Source: Escherichia phage mEp044. From it: a stretch of 54,557 bases of DNA. The translations under genes were made by a program, and so were the position numbers. The stretch lies in sequence record PP180004; one strand, given 5' to 3'. The notes beneath the pieces are model-generated. The model did no database searches. It saw nothing but the letters and a program-made list of their open reading frames with translations, and was not told where the DNA came from. Shown here piece by piece: positions 35,730 through 44,702 of this stretch (position 1 is its first letter; the number at the start of each line of letters is the position of its first letter).

Positions 35730-36090
35730 GTTGTCACGATTCACTTACAAAGCGTTAGCCACCATTTATCCCGTGACGCGTGACGACTGGACAAACTCAG
35801 ACGTATACGGAACGCCATACCTGATTGATTGTGCATGGGAACGCACTGACGGAACCGCAACAGACGCAAACGGGAATGAGGTTAGCAACACAATAACCGT
35901 ATATACCGAACTGCTTTACAAAATGCAGCCAGTGCAGCGCCCGGAAAAAGGGTGGATGCTTGCTACTGGCGACACTACCGCTATTGCCGACCCGCTGGCG
36001 GCTGGGGCCAACTTTATAACCGGGATCGTTGAATGGGACATGATCATGTTTAACGACACGCCGGATTATAAGATCGTCACAGGAGGTTAA
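35722..36090 (+). CDS. hypothetical head-tail joining protein
   Basis: 122-aa ORF. Confidence 0.4.
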   Translation: MSKLSRFTYKALATIYPVTRDDWTNSDVYGTPYLIDCAWERTDGTATDANGNEVSNTITVYTELLYKMQPVQRPEKGWMLATGDTTAIADPLAAGANFITGIVEWDMIMFNDTPDYKIVTGG

Positions 36091-36092
36091 TT

Positions 36093-36566
36093 ATGCCACT
36101 GAAAGGCGTCAAACGCGTCCGTATGAAAATGACGGAAGAAATCAGGAGCATAGCAGACAAAAAGACTTATGAAGTGCTATGGATTGTTGGCAATGTCGCG
36201 TCCGGCCTTGCATCTGGAATGACGCCAGTTGATACGGGTTTTTTAATTAACAGCATGTATCAGACGGTTGAGAAAAACGGTAACGGTCTTTGTTTAAGGG
36301 TTGGATATACCGCCCGCTATGCTGAATGGGTGCATGACATGCCAGGGACATTAATGGGACAGCCTCGCGAGCATTTCGGTAAAACCAACAACCTTTCAGA
36401 TTTCGGCCCGAAACAGGTAGTTGAGTTCGGCGGCGGTACTGGTAAGGGTTACTACTGGGATCCAAACGCTGAACCTGAATTTTTGCGCAAGGCGTTCGAG
36501 GAACCAGATAATTTTAATGAGATCTGGAACACGATTAAACTTGGGTACTGGACGAAACAATCATGA
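36093..36566 (+). CDS. neck/head-tail joining protein candidate (HK97 gp10-like)
   Basis: 157 aa; position. Confidence 0.35.
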   Translation: MPLKGVKRVRMKMTEEIRSIADKKTYEVLWIVGNVASGLASGMTPVDTGFLINSMYQTVEKNGNGLCLRVGYTARYAEWVHDMPGTLMGQPREHFGKTNNLSDFGPKQVVEFGGGTGKGYYWDPNAEPEFLRKAFEEPDNFNEIWNTIKLGYWTKQS

Positions 36567-36949
36567 AACGCAGCGAAGTATACGATGAAATAAGGGATTG
36601 GATTAAGTCCCACGGGTACGACGAAGGTTATATTTTGCAGGCCCGTTTCTGGAATGAGCGATCCAATTCTAATAAAGACAGATACATTGTCGTACAGCAA
36701 AACGGCGGCGCGGCGGGAGAAGAGGCAATAACCCGCGACTATTTCCGCATCCTGGTTATTTCGGCGCGTAATGACGCAAATATTAGTGAAGTGGAAGATC
36801 TCGCCGATGCAATACGGCAAAGTATGATAACCGAATATAAAACTGATAAAATTACACACATGAAGCCAATTGGCGCCATTCCTGCAATGCAGACAAGAGA
36901 AGGGCGCTTCATCTTTACCGTAGCTTTTCAAACCATCATTTCAAGATAA
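36563..36949 (+). CDS. tail completion/terminator protein candidate
   Basis: 128 aa; position before the major tail gene. Confidence 0.35.
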   Translation: MKRSEVYDEIRDWIKSHGYDEGYILQARFWNERSNSNKDRYIVVQQNGGAAGEEAITRDYFRILVISARNDANISEVEDLADAIRQSMITEYKTDKITHMKPIGAIPAMQTREGRFIFTVAFQTIISR

Positions 36950-36962
36950 GAGGTAACTAAAC

Positions 36963-37439
36963 ATGTCTCAGACTTGTGATAAAGGTTCGTTCTTAGGCCG
37001 CGACGTTGCCGTATTTTACGCTATCGCTTGCCCTAATGCGAAACCTAATGACGAAGCATATAAAGCGTTAGGCATGATGCGTGGCAAATCTCTTTCCGTA
37101 GAATGGGAAACCGCAGACGCCACCGCTGATAAATCGGCAGACTATACAAAAGAATCACTGGTTACTTACAAATCTGTTGCCTTCTCAGGTGACGGCGTAT
37201 CCCGCACCGAAGAAATCCACAACCAGAAGGCACTTAAACGCCACGTTATTAACCCTGGCGAAACAACTGGTGCGCAGCCTTACGTCTGGCTTAAACTCGT
37301 TTCCCCGCTCGACGTAACAGAAGGCCCGTTCCTTTGCACCTCCTTTAAAGAAGAAGATCCGCACGACGATGTATCAACATGGTCAATTGAGTGCGAAAGC
37401 GCTGGCAAGGTCACAGTAGGTGACGTTCCGTCAGTGTAA
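36963..37439 (+). CDS. major tail protein
   Basis: 158 aa; followed by a terminator and the chaperone and tape-measure genes. Confidence 0.6.
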   Translation: MSQTCDKGSFLGRDVAVFYAIACPNAKPNDEAYKALGMMRGKSLSVEWETADATADKSADYTKESLVTYKSVAFSGDGVSRTEEIHNQKALKRHVINPGETTGAQPYVWLKLVSPLDVTEGPFLCTSFKEEDPHDDVSTWSIECESAGKVTVGDVPSV

Positions 37440-37456
37440 CAGTAAATATTAACATC

Positions 37457-37481
37457 GGGGCCATTTGGCCCCTTTATTTTT
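37457..37481 (+). terminator. rho-independent terminator after the major tail gene
   Basis: hairpin ggggcc-attt-ggcccc followed by a T-rich run. Confidence 0.65.
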
Positions 37482-37484
37482 GGG

Positions 37485-38174
37485 GTGATAGTTATGATCC
37501 ATGTTCGAACCGGACAATTTTCGGCTGTAGTCGATGGCAGGCGGTATGTGTTTAATCCCTGCTTTGCTGCAATGGCTAAGATCGGCAGTGACAGGGAATT
37601 AGTTGAATACTTCGTAACTGTTCACGGTGGCAAATACCCACAGCGTTTGCCAGCGGATCCAGACCTCCGCAATCGCATTATGGCGCGTTGTTATGGTGAG
37701 TTAGTGCAAACGTCCATACACGTCCTGAAATGTTGCTCAGAGGACGAAATAGGCCCGTTATTGGGCGAATGTAGATTTACTCCTTCGGGGAAGTTGATAC
37801 TAAAACCTGGGCTGATGCCTACCAGTGACGTTATCACACTTGCGCAACACTGCATGTATCACGGTTTAATTGGTGACGGACCAGATGAGGACACTGGCGA
37901 GGAGCAGGAAGGCGACTATAAACAGACGTTTGACATCCTTGAATACGTTTACTCCGCCGTTGCTCACCTGGGATTGTCTGAATCTGAAGCATGGGGCATG
38001 ACAATGACCGGATACAGGGCCGCTGTACGCGCTAAAACGCCACCAGACGAAAGAAACGAGAAACGTAAGCCAAACGTTCAGATAAATAAACGTGATTATG
38101 ATGAGCAAATGGAGGCCGCTAAAAGGGTGCTGGAATTAATGAAAAAACGCGAGCAAGAAAAAGCCCGGAATTAA
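37485..38174 (+). CDS. tail assembly chaperone candidate
   Basis: 229 aa; position between major tail and tape measure; acidic middle and basic C-terminus. Confidence 0.45.
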   Translation: MIVMIHVRTGQFSAVVDGRRYVFNPCFAAMAKIGSDRELVEYFVTVHGGKYPQRLPADPDLRNRIMARCYGELVQTSIHVLKCCSEDEIGPLLGECRFTPSGKLILKPGLMPTSDVITLAQHCMYHGLIGDGPDEDTGEEQEGDYKQTFDILEYVYSAVAHLGLSESEAWGMTMTGYRAAVRAKTPPDERNEKRKPNVQINKRDYDEQMEAAKRVLELMKKREQEKARN

Positions 38175-38200
38175 CCGGGCCTTTATCTTTATTTGTATGC
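38163..38200. terminator. bidirectional terminator shared by the chaperone gene and antisense cassette 1
   Basis: hairpin gcccgg-aattaa-ccgggc flanked by T-runs on both strands. Confidence 0.5.
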
Positions 38201-38491
38201 TGCAAATCTGCATCTTGCCTCATCCAGGTCGTGAATATCGTACACGTTATCGTATAGGTAAGTTGCAACCTGTGATTTCTGTACGTCAGTTGCGTTTGGG
38301 TACTCCATGTTAACGAAAGTCAATGCATCAACGTAGTTCTTAAACATTTTTTTGTTAACGCACAGTGCGTAAATCAATACAACAGGCCAGCAAATCAGCG
38401 CACCAAAGAATGCCAATAGCATATTAAGATGTTTTTTCTGAGCCACAACCATAGTTGCGATGAATCCTACGAAGCAAATTACAAGTTCCAT
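38189..38491 (-). CDS. antisense cassette 1: 100-aa membrane protein (two TM helices)
   Basis: ORF with AGGAGGTG RBS; reverse orientation inside the tail module. Confidence 0.5.
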   Translation of the reverse strand: MELVICFVGFIATMVVAQKKHLNMLLAFFGALICWPVVLIYALCVNKKMFKNYVDALTFVNMEYPNATDVQKSQVATYLYDNVYDIHDLDEARCRFAAYK

Positions 38492-38501
38492 GATACACCT
38501 C

Positions 38502-38609
38502 CTAATTACGTTTATCTTCGGTTGTCATTGCCAGCACTAGCACAGCCATCACATTAAATGCTAACCATGCCGTAATATATACATCTATAACTGTTTTGAT
38601 TGTGTCCAT
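38502..38609 (-). CDS. antisense cassette 1: 35-aa single-TM peptide (MDTIKTVIDVYITAWLAFNVMAVLVLAMTTEDKRN)
   Basis: manual translation. Confidence 0.3.
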   Translation of the reverse strand: MDTIKTVIDVYITAWLAFNVMAVLVLAMTTEDKRN

Positions 38610-38624
38610 TTGCCTGCCCAGCTT

Positions 38625-38710
38625 ATTTCTTGTTTTTAAGTGCTTTCAGCATTTCTTCGATAAAGTCGGCGTAGTGCTCATGCTCGTTGGGTCGGTAGTA
38701 GTTTTTCATT
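38625..38710 (-). CDS. antisense cassette 1: 28-aa peptide (MKNYYRPNEHEHYADFIEEMLKALKNKK)
   Basis: manual translation; GAGGA RBS. Confidence 0.3.
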
Positions 38711-38865
38711 TTCTTATCCTCTTTTGCTTCCTCCGGTTAATCCGGTCTTCTGAATCCCTTTACTCTATCCCTTTCCTTTAGCCTCTTTATACAAAATGTA
38801 TTCGTTGAAGTGAAGCCATTTTGTATAAAATAGAGATCAGGATCACACTTTTACGAGGTTAAATC

Positions 38866-41214
38866 ATGTCCACCAGTTTAGGTACAATTTATTACGAAGT
38901 TGATGCAAAAACTGGTCAACTTCTAGTCGCTCAGCGACAGGCGGACCAGGCTTTTGACAGTATCGAGCGTGGCGCAAAACGCGCTGACCGCCAGGTAAAC
39001 ACGCTTAAGACTTCAATCAAAGCACTATCCAGGGTCATTCATCTGTTGCTTGCTGCGGAGGCTGTACGCCAGTTTATTGACATGGCGGAACAAGCAAAAA
39101 TGCTTCGCGTAAAAATCAAATTGCTTACAGGTGAAGCGGAGGCCACGGAACGTGTTTTCAATAGACTGAAAGAAATATCAAAAGAAACAGGCCAAAGCCT
39201 CAAGGATACTGGCGATCTGTGGCAAGGTCTTGCTATATCGCTAAAAAACACATCCGCTACGGAAGGCCAGGTGCTTAACCTGGTTAGCACGCTGCAAAAA
39301 CTCGGCAACCTGGGCGGCGTGTCTGCGGAACAACTATCAAACTCCATGCGTCAGTTCCGCCAGGCGATTGATGCTGGCGTGTTGCAGGCTGAAGAATTTA
39401 ACTCAATACGTGACAACACACCAACAATCATACAGGAAATGGCCCGCCAAATGGGATTGTCAATGGGGCAGTTCCGCGCTGAAATGCTGGACGGCAAGAT
39501 CACTGCTGAAAGGATGCTCAACGCGATCCAGGCCGCCACGCAGGAAACAAACGAGAAGTTTGCGCAGTTGCCGCGCACATCCGGCATGGCCTTCAACGAG
39601 CTTAAAGTTGAGGTGATGGGACTTGTCGAACAGTTAGACGATCTTTTCGGCATATCAGATGGCGTTGTGTCAGCAATAGACTTAATCACTGGTGGCGTTG
39701 AGGGATTAGGTAAAGGCGCAAAATTCGCCGCAACATGCTTCAATACACTAAAAACGGCTGGCAGCGAATTTATCGATATGTTTGATGATGTGGCTGTTAA
39801 GGCTGGAGAGGTGGCGGAAGAGATTATTAGGATGGTAACGCCAATCAAGGCGCTAATGGATGGCTACAAATGGATGAAGGAGATTATTGACAAACGCAAG
39901 GAAGAGCTAAACAGCAATAACGAGAAGAAATTTGGCCCCACCATTGGCAAATTCATGACGTTTAAGAATGACATCGAAAAAGCGACTGCCGCTTATGATG
40001 AGTTCATGCAGAAACAGGGGGAGGCTGACGACGGCAAGATCACCGGATTCGATCAGCCAGTTGGCAAACCGAAAAAAGGTAAAAAAGGCAAAAAAGACAA
40101 GAAATCTGAAGCTGATCGGCTTGGTGATGAAGGTGTAAATGTCTCCGACCAGTACAACAAAGACGCCGCCGCTATGCGTAAAGCACTGGAGAACGGCAAG
40201 GCCATTGACGCTGCGTTTGCTCAGGGCAAAATAACCCTCCTTGAGTACAAGGCAGCGCAAAAGGGGATAGGCAAGGAACTGAAGGACGAATTGGCCCAAA
40301 TCCCGGTGGAGGAATTGCAAGACAAATGGGCGCACATAGTAAGCCCGATGGATCAGCTTAAGGGCGAAATCGACCCAATCAAACAGGCGCAAAATGAATG
40401 GGCAGTAAGAAAGCAAATGTTATTAGACCTGGGAGCTACAGAGGCGCAACAGAGACAGGCGCAGTTAGAATATGAACAACAGATCCGCGATCTGAAGTGG
40501 GAACAATGGCAGGCGCAAAGCGACACAAACGGCCTGATCGGTGCTTGTGTCAGTGGCCTAAAAGGTGGCATGGGCAATGCGCTTACTGGCCTGTTGAACG
40601 GTACTCAATCATTAAGCGAGGTTTTCGCCAACCTGGGAAGCAGTATACTCAACACCGTAGGCAATAAACTTTCTGAAATAGCCGCTAACTGGATAGCAGA
40701 TCAATTAATGATGGAAACGCAAAGCAAGGCTACCCAGGCAAGTACAACTGCTGGCGCTGTGGCGGCGCAGGGCGAGATTGCTGCGGCTGCGGCCCCGGCA
40801 GCGGCTGCGACGGCTGCGTCAACTGGTGGTAGCTGGGCTGCGGCTGGCGCTGCGGCTCTTTCTGCGATCATGTCGCTGGCGACGTCAATTTTTGGCGGCG
40901 GGCGTTATAATGGTGGTTCTGTGAATGGTGGTAGTCTGTATCGCGTAGGGGAACACGGAATACCGGAGCTATTCCAGACGAGCAACGGGCGTCAGTACAT
41001 GATCCCTGGGGAAAATGGCAGGGTTATTCCTGGCCGCGATCTTTTCAGCGGTGGCGGCATTAACATGCCTGTTAACATTACAGTTCAGACCACAAACGGG
41101 TTTGGCGACGAAGACGGTCGCAGACTTGAACAGACTATGGAGCGCGTAGCAATGAAGATGATGGCAAGGGAATCACAACGACCTGGAGGAATGTTGCAAC
41201 CGCGCCGCAAATAA
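38866..41214 (+). CDS. tail tape measure protein
   Basis: 782 aa; long helical protein with Ala/Gly-rich C-terminal segment, in the canonical position. Confidence 0.85.
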   Translation: MSTSLGTIYYEVDAKTGQLLVAQRQADQAFDSIERGAKRADRQVNTLKTSIKALSRVIHLLLAAEAVRQFIDMAEQAKMLRVKIKLLTGEAEATERVFNRLKEISKETGQSLKDTGDLWQGLAISLKNTSATEGQVLNLVSTLQKLGNLGGVSAEQLSNSMRQFRQAIDAGVLQAEEFNSIRDNTPTIIQEMARQMGLSMGQFRAEMLDGKITAERMLNAIQAATQETNEKFAQLPRTSGMAFNELKVEVMGLVEQLDDLFGISDGVVSAIDLITGGVEGLGKGAKFAATCFNTLKTAGSEFIDMFDDVAVKAGEVAEEIIRMVTPIKALMDGYKWMKEIIDKRKEELNSNNEKKFGPTIGKFMTFKNDIEKATAAYDEFMQKQGEADDGKITGFDQPVGKPKKGKKGKKDKKSEADRLGDEGVNVSDQYNKDAAAMRKALENGKAIDAAFAQGKITLLEYKAAQKGIGKELKDELAQIPVEELQDKWAHIVSPMDQLKGEIDPIKQAQNEWAVRKQMLLDLGATEAQQRQAQLEYEQQIRDLKWEQWQAQSDTNGLIGACVSGLKGGMGNALTGLLNGTQSLSEVFANLGSSILNTVGNKLSEIAANWIADQLMMETQSKATQASTTAGAVAAQGEIAAAAAPAAAATAASTGGSWAAAGAAALSAIMSLATSIFGGGRYNGGSVNGGSLYRVGEHGIPELFQTSNGRQYMIPGENGRVIPGRDLFSGGGINMPVNITVQTTNGFGDEDGRRLEQTMERVAMKMMARESQRPGGMLQPRRK

Positions 41215-41221
41215 ACAAAAA

Positions 41222-41251
41222 CCCCGGTACAATGCCGGGGTTATCTTTATT
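41222..41251. terminator. bidirectional terminator after the tape measure gene
   Basis: hairpin ccccgg-tacaat-gccgggg with T-runs on both strands. Confidence 0.6.
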
Positions 41252-41429
41252 CAATTTCATCATTCTTAAATTCGCCGCTTGCATAAAGCTGTAATGCTCT
41301 TATCAGTTCGTCAGCTTGCTTTTTGTTTATTACAATCATCTCGCAGTCGCTAACGATCCATAATCTTCCATCATCTTCAACACTAAGATCAATCCTTCTG
41401 CATTCTTCAGTCTCGTGAATAATCATCAT
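41247..41429 (-). CDS. antisense cassette 2: 60-aa acidic protein
   Basis: ORF, reverse orientation inside the tail module. Confidence 0.4.
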   Translation of the reverse strand: MMIIHETEECRRIDLSVEDDGRLWIVSDCEMIVINKKQADELIRALQLYASGEFKNDEIE

Positions 41430-41467
41430 AAACCTTCATTATGTTATTAATTTACTGAATAAATTTA

Positions 41468-41635
41468 CTAAAATCTTGTATATCCTCTCTCAATTTTCCC
41501 TCCGTGTACACTTCTGGCAAATACCGCGTCAGTATACCTGAAAAATGGACATGTATATGTATCCCCTTTGCTATCCATATATTTTAGCACCCATGCCATG
41601 CGTTTTACGTTGCTTTTGTTTGCCTGATTTTTCAT
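41468..41635 (-). CDS. antisense cassette 2: 55-aa basic protein
   Basis: ORF 41468-41668 trimmed to ATG 41635 preceded by GGAGG. Confidence 0.4.
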   Translation of the reverse strand: MKNQANKSNVKRMAWVLKYMDSKGDTYTCPFFRYTDAVFARSVHGGKIERGYTRF

Positions 41636-41654
41636 TTTTATTTTCCTCCGTAAA

Positions 41655-41747
41655 TCACAACCTGCCATTTCTTGCTATGTAGCTGCGAGCAAACATTACC
41701 TGCCAGATGTTCCAGATCTCCCGCCAGGTGAATTTATCGTCATCCAT
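41655..41747 (-). CDS. antisense cassette 2: 30-aa Trp-rich peptide (MDDDKFTWREIWNIWQVMFARSYIARNGRL)
   Basis: manual translation; GAGGTGA RBS. Confidence 0.3.
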   Translation of the reverse strand: MDDDKFTWREIWNIWQVMFARSYIARNGRL

Positions 41748-41755
41748 ATTTCACC

Positions 41756-42010
41756 TCATTTATGCGCCCCTTTTACGCCACAGTGGCGGTTGTATTCCAG
41801 ATGGTCAATAATTAACCACATCTTTAAATCTTCGCTGAATAACCGCCAATCGGGGTTGATGTCAAATTTATAGCCGTAGCCATCGCGTAATTTTTTGGGG
41901 TTGGCCTCTTTTTTCAGGAAAGAATTTAATAAAGCCTTGCCTTTTTTGATGATCCGTTCCTGTGCGTTTTTCTGTGCTTTCAGGTTTTTGCCAATCGCCA
42001 CCAATTTCAT
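41756..42010 (-). CDS. antisense cassette 2: 84-aa lysine-rich protein
   Basis: ORF preceded by GGGGTGAG. Confidence 0.45.
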   Translation of the reverse strand: MKLVAIGKNLKAQKNAQERIIKKGKALLNSFLKKEANPKKLRDGYGYKFDINPDWRLFSEDLKMWLIIDHLEYNRHCGVKGAHK

Positions 42011-42030
42011 AACTCACCCCACGCAATCAA

Positions 42031-42186
42031 TCAGTTGACCACTTTCAGGAAGAAATCACGGTATTCATCTTCTTTTGCATTCATCATGAATTGACCGTAT
42101 TTGAATGCATCATCAAAACCCTTCACAATCGCAACTTCCACCTGTTCGAATGCTTTGTTTAGCATTACCACTACATAGCGTTCCAT
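42031..42186 (-). CDS. antisense cassette 2: 51-aa acidic protein (paralog of 43713-43868)
   Basis: ORF 42031-42375 trimmed to ATG 42186 preceded by AAGGGGGCC. Confidence 0.4.
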   Translation of the reverse strand: MERYVVVMLNKAFEQVEVAIVKGFDDAFKYGQFMMNAKEDEYRDFFLKVVN

Positions 42187-42358
42187 ATTGGCCCCCTTTG
42201 TTGGTACTGCTTTCTCTTCTTGCTTTCTGTATACATCTTGTTGCGTCCTGTGTGAAGCCATTTCGTAAACTGGGTATAATTCTTGTGACGAAGTTATCAT
42301 TTTTCGCGTAGAAGCGCGTAAAGATGTATGCAATATGTAACTTATGATGGGGGAAATC

Positions 42359-42712
42359 ATGCCTGAAGTTTTCAAATGGACGCCGCAAAGAAGCTACAGC
42401 GTAAACACTGAACCAAACGTGTCCGTCGTTAAACTTGGTGACGGTTATGAGCAGCGCCAGGCGAAAGGGATCAACACGTTACTTGATACTTATACCCTGG
42501 TTTTCAAAGGAAGTAGTGCAGGATGCGGTGCAGCCGGAAATGTCGCGCTACAGGTTGACGCATTTTTAAGGGCGCGCGGCGCGGTCGAGGCGTTTTACTG
42601 GACTCCATCGACCGACGGGGTGCAAAGGCTTTTCGTTTGTCGTAGCTGGAGTATGACCAAAGACGGGCCTGTTTGCACGCTAAACGCAACGTTTGAACAA
42701 GTTGTTGGCTAA
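42359..42712 (+). CDS. M: minor tail protein M
   Basis: ORF 42344-42712; resembles lambda gpM (GDGYEQR ... FYWTP ... FEQVV). Confidence 0.8.
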   Translation: MPEVFKWTPQRSYSVNTEPNVSVVKLGDGYEQRQAKGINTLLDTYTLVFKGSSAGCGAAGNVALQVDAFLRARGAVEAFYWTPSTDGVQRLFVCRSWSMTKDGPVCTLNATFEQVVG

Positions 42713-42912
42713 TGGTGGGGGTTGTTATGTACGGTTTTTGTGTGGTTGATAAGACTGAATCTTTTACATTATTTGCAGACTATGAGATCAACGACCTTGC
42801 TGTAAGAGCTGACAATGGCGATACATGGTATTTGCATGATATGGGTGACGGGTATGTCGGGTGCAGATCCAGGGAGGGTAAGGAGGTTTTATTTTTGGTT
42901 GATGGCGTATAA
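42712..42912 (+). CDS. hypothetical protein
   Basis: 66-aa ORF. Confidence 0.4.
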   Translation: MVGVVMYGFCVVDKTESFTLFADYEINDLAVRADNGDTWYLHDMGDGYVGCRSREGKEVLFLVDGV

Positions 42913-42918
42913 AAACAA

Positions 42919-42941
42919 CCCCGCGCGAAGCGGGGTTTTTC
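42919..42941 (+). terminator. rho-independent terminator
   Basis: hairpin ccccgc-gcgaa-gcgggg followed by TTTTT. Confidence 0.6.
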
Positions 42942-42944
42942 TTG

Positions 42945-43082
42945 TCAGTAGTGGATATACAGCAAGCTCATTGGGTGAGCGTGCGCCATGTTGTTTGCTA
43001 TTGCCGCCCAGTCCCAATCAGCAGCGTGAATGCCAAATACTATCAGTCCCATTATTATTAGCGCCAAAACTTCTATTTTCAT
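42945..43082 (-). CDS. antisense cassette 3: 45-aa membrane peptide (MKIEVLALIIMGLIVFGIHAADWDWAAIANNMAHAHPMSLLYIHY)
   Basis: manual translation; AGGTGA RBS. Confidence 0.35.
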   Translation of the reverse strand: MKIEVLALIIMGLIVFGIHAADWDWAAIANNMAHAHPMSLLYIHY

Positions 43083-43092
43083 AATCTGTCAC

Positions 43093-43341
43093 CTATAAGT
43101 TATCACGCAGATAATTAACGCCTTTATCAGTGACGAATGAATGATTGACCTGGTTTTCGTCCGTCATGATTATGAATAGCTTTTCCTGTAGGTATTTCGC
43201 TTTCGGGTACAGCGTTAAACAGACCTGGTACAGTATCCCGCGCTCAATCAGCAAATCAATAAATTCGTGCTCATGATAACCGACGAGGCGGGCGGCCTGT
43301 TTTAACGTGTACACATAATCGCCGTGATTGCGCCGCCCCAT
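43093..43341 (-). CDS. antisense cassette 3: 82-aa putative HTH protein
   Basis: ORF; AlpA/MerR-like HTH pattern LKQAARLVGYHEHEFIDLLIERGIL. Confidence 0.45.
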   Translation of the reverse strand: MGRRNHGDYVYTLKQAARLVGYHEHEFIDLLIERGILYQVCLTLYPKAKYLQEKLFIIMTDENQVNHSFVTDKGVNYLRDNL

Positions 43342-43349
43342 GTTGCCGC

Positions 43350-43700
43350 CTATTTATCGAATGCAGACAAATTGTCGATACAGAAGTCTTTAGCAGCCTT
43401 TTCGTATTCGCGTTTTGCTTCTGGATTGTCAGCCGGGAAACCTTTTGCGTGTATTTCACCAGGGCAAGATTGATCCATAGAGTCTGCAAAGTTAACATTG
43501 GCGTTGAAGTTAACATCTTTCGGGTTCATCTCTTCCGCCTTATCCGGTACTTGGACCGGAGTAATATCAAAATCACGAGCGTTAGACCAACAGCGAAGTA
43601 ATTCGCGACCTTCATCACGCGCCTCAGTATATGTGTCAAATAGGCCCATGCGTTCCCATTCACATTTATCAGTCCAAACGTCTAATCTGTATTTTTGCAT
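43350..43700 (-). CDS. antisense cassette 3: 116-aa hypothetical protein
   Basis: ORF preceded by GAGAGG. Confidence 0.45.
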   Translation of the reverse strand: MQKYRLDVWTDKCEWERMGLFDTYTEARDEGRELLRCWSNARDFDITPVQVPDKAEEMNPKDVNFNANVNFADSMDQSCPGEIHAKGFPADNPEAKREYEKAAKDFCIDNLSAFDK

Positions 43701-43712
43701 TTTGTTAACCTC

Positions 43713-43868
43713 TCATTTGACAGGTTCTATCCTGTACCCCAAAACGCGGTCATCCTCAGCAAGTAAAAGCGCGTCAGTAAGTGCCTCGCCTTCATCTTTA
43801 TACAGGGCCACAGTCATTTCCCTGCCATCATCAAGGAACACCGTCAACCTCCACACCTTGTCAGCCAT
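43713..43868 (-). CDS. antisense cassette 3: 51-aa acidic protein (paralog of 42031-42186)
   Basis: ORF 43713-43943 trimmed to ATG 43868 preceded by GGAGGTG. Confidence 0.4.
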   Translation of the reverse strand: MADKVWRLTVFLDDGREMTVALYKDEGEALTDALLLAEDDRVLGYRIEPVK

Positions 43869-43995
43869 ATAACACCTCCGCGCCATTTTGTTAACCATGC
43901 TTCCTTTTGAGTACAATATACATATTGTAAAAAGCGCTATCAACCGTTTTGGTATGATTTAGCGTGACGTCGATCACAAATTACAAGGTGATAAA

Positions 43996-44700
43996 ATGCG
44001 CAGCATACCTACAGAAATGATTATTGATTCCGTGGATGCCGGAGTCGGCGCGGTAATTGACTTGTTTGAATTAGACCTCACGCCCCTGGGTGGCGAGGTT
44101 ATCCGCTTCCATTCCGGCGCGAATGGCTATTACGGCCCGGTTATCTGGAAGGGAGTGGCTTACAACAGCTATCCAATCGAGGCAACTGGCTTCGAAATGA
44201 AAAACGAGGGTGTTTACTCACGCCCCCAAATGGTAGTAGCCAACATTGGCGGGCTAATCACCGGGATGAATAACGATTTCAACGACCTGCGAGGAATGAA
44301 GGTTACGCGCCGCCAGGTGGAAGTAAAATACCTGGACGCCGTTAATTTCCCCAACGGCAACCCGGATGCAGATCCATCTATTGAGGCTGTGTCTTTTTAC
44401 GTCGTTGAAGCGATGAGCGAAGAAACAGCCGACCAGGTGCAATATGAACTGTCAACGCCAATTGATGCTGATAAGGCGGTTATCCCGGGGCGCACAATTC
44501 TCGCTGACGTTTGCCAGTGGCAATATCGCGGCGACGGTTGCGGATACAGCGGCGGCCCTGTAGCTACAGATAAAGACGAATCGACCAGCGATCCAAAACT
44601 GGACAGATGCAGCCACCGCTTGAGCGGTTGTCGTTTACGTTTCCCGCGTCCAAATCCGTTACCAATTTCCTGTTTCCCTGGTTCCAGCAAGGTAGGTTAA
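43996..44700 (+). CDS. L: minor tail protein L
   Basis: 234 aa; strong resemblance to lambda gpL (LDAVNF.NGN..ADP ... GRT.LAD.C.W.YRGD.CGYSG ... C..RLSGC). Confidence 0.9.
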   Translation: MRSIPTEMIIDSVDAGVGAVIDLFELDLTPLGGEVIRFHSGANGYYGPVIWKGVAYNSYPIEATGFEMKNEGVYSRPQMVVANIGGLITGMNNDFNDLRGMKVTRRQVEVKYLDAVNFPNGNPDADPSIEAVSFYVVEAMSEETADQVQYELSTPIDADKAVIPGRTILADVCQWQYRGDGCGYSGGPVATDKDESTSDPKLDRCSHRLSGCRLRFPRPNPLPISCFPGSSKVG

Positions 44701-44702
44701 TC

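Noticed and set aside
38596-38781. 61-aa plus-strand ORF
   Set aside because: Overlaps the better-supported minus-strand small genes of antisense cassette 1 and has no ribosome-binding site.
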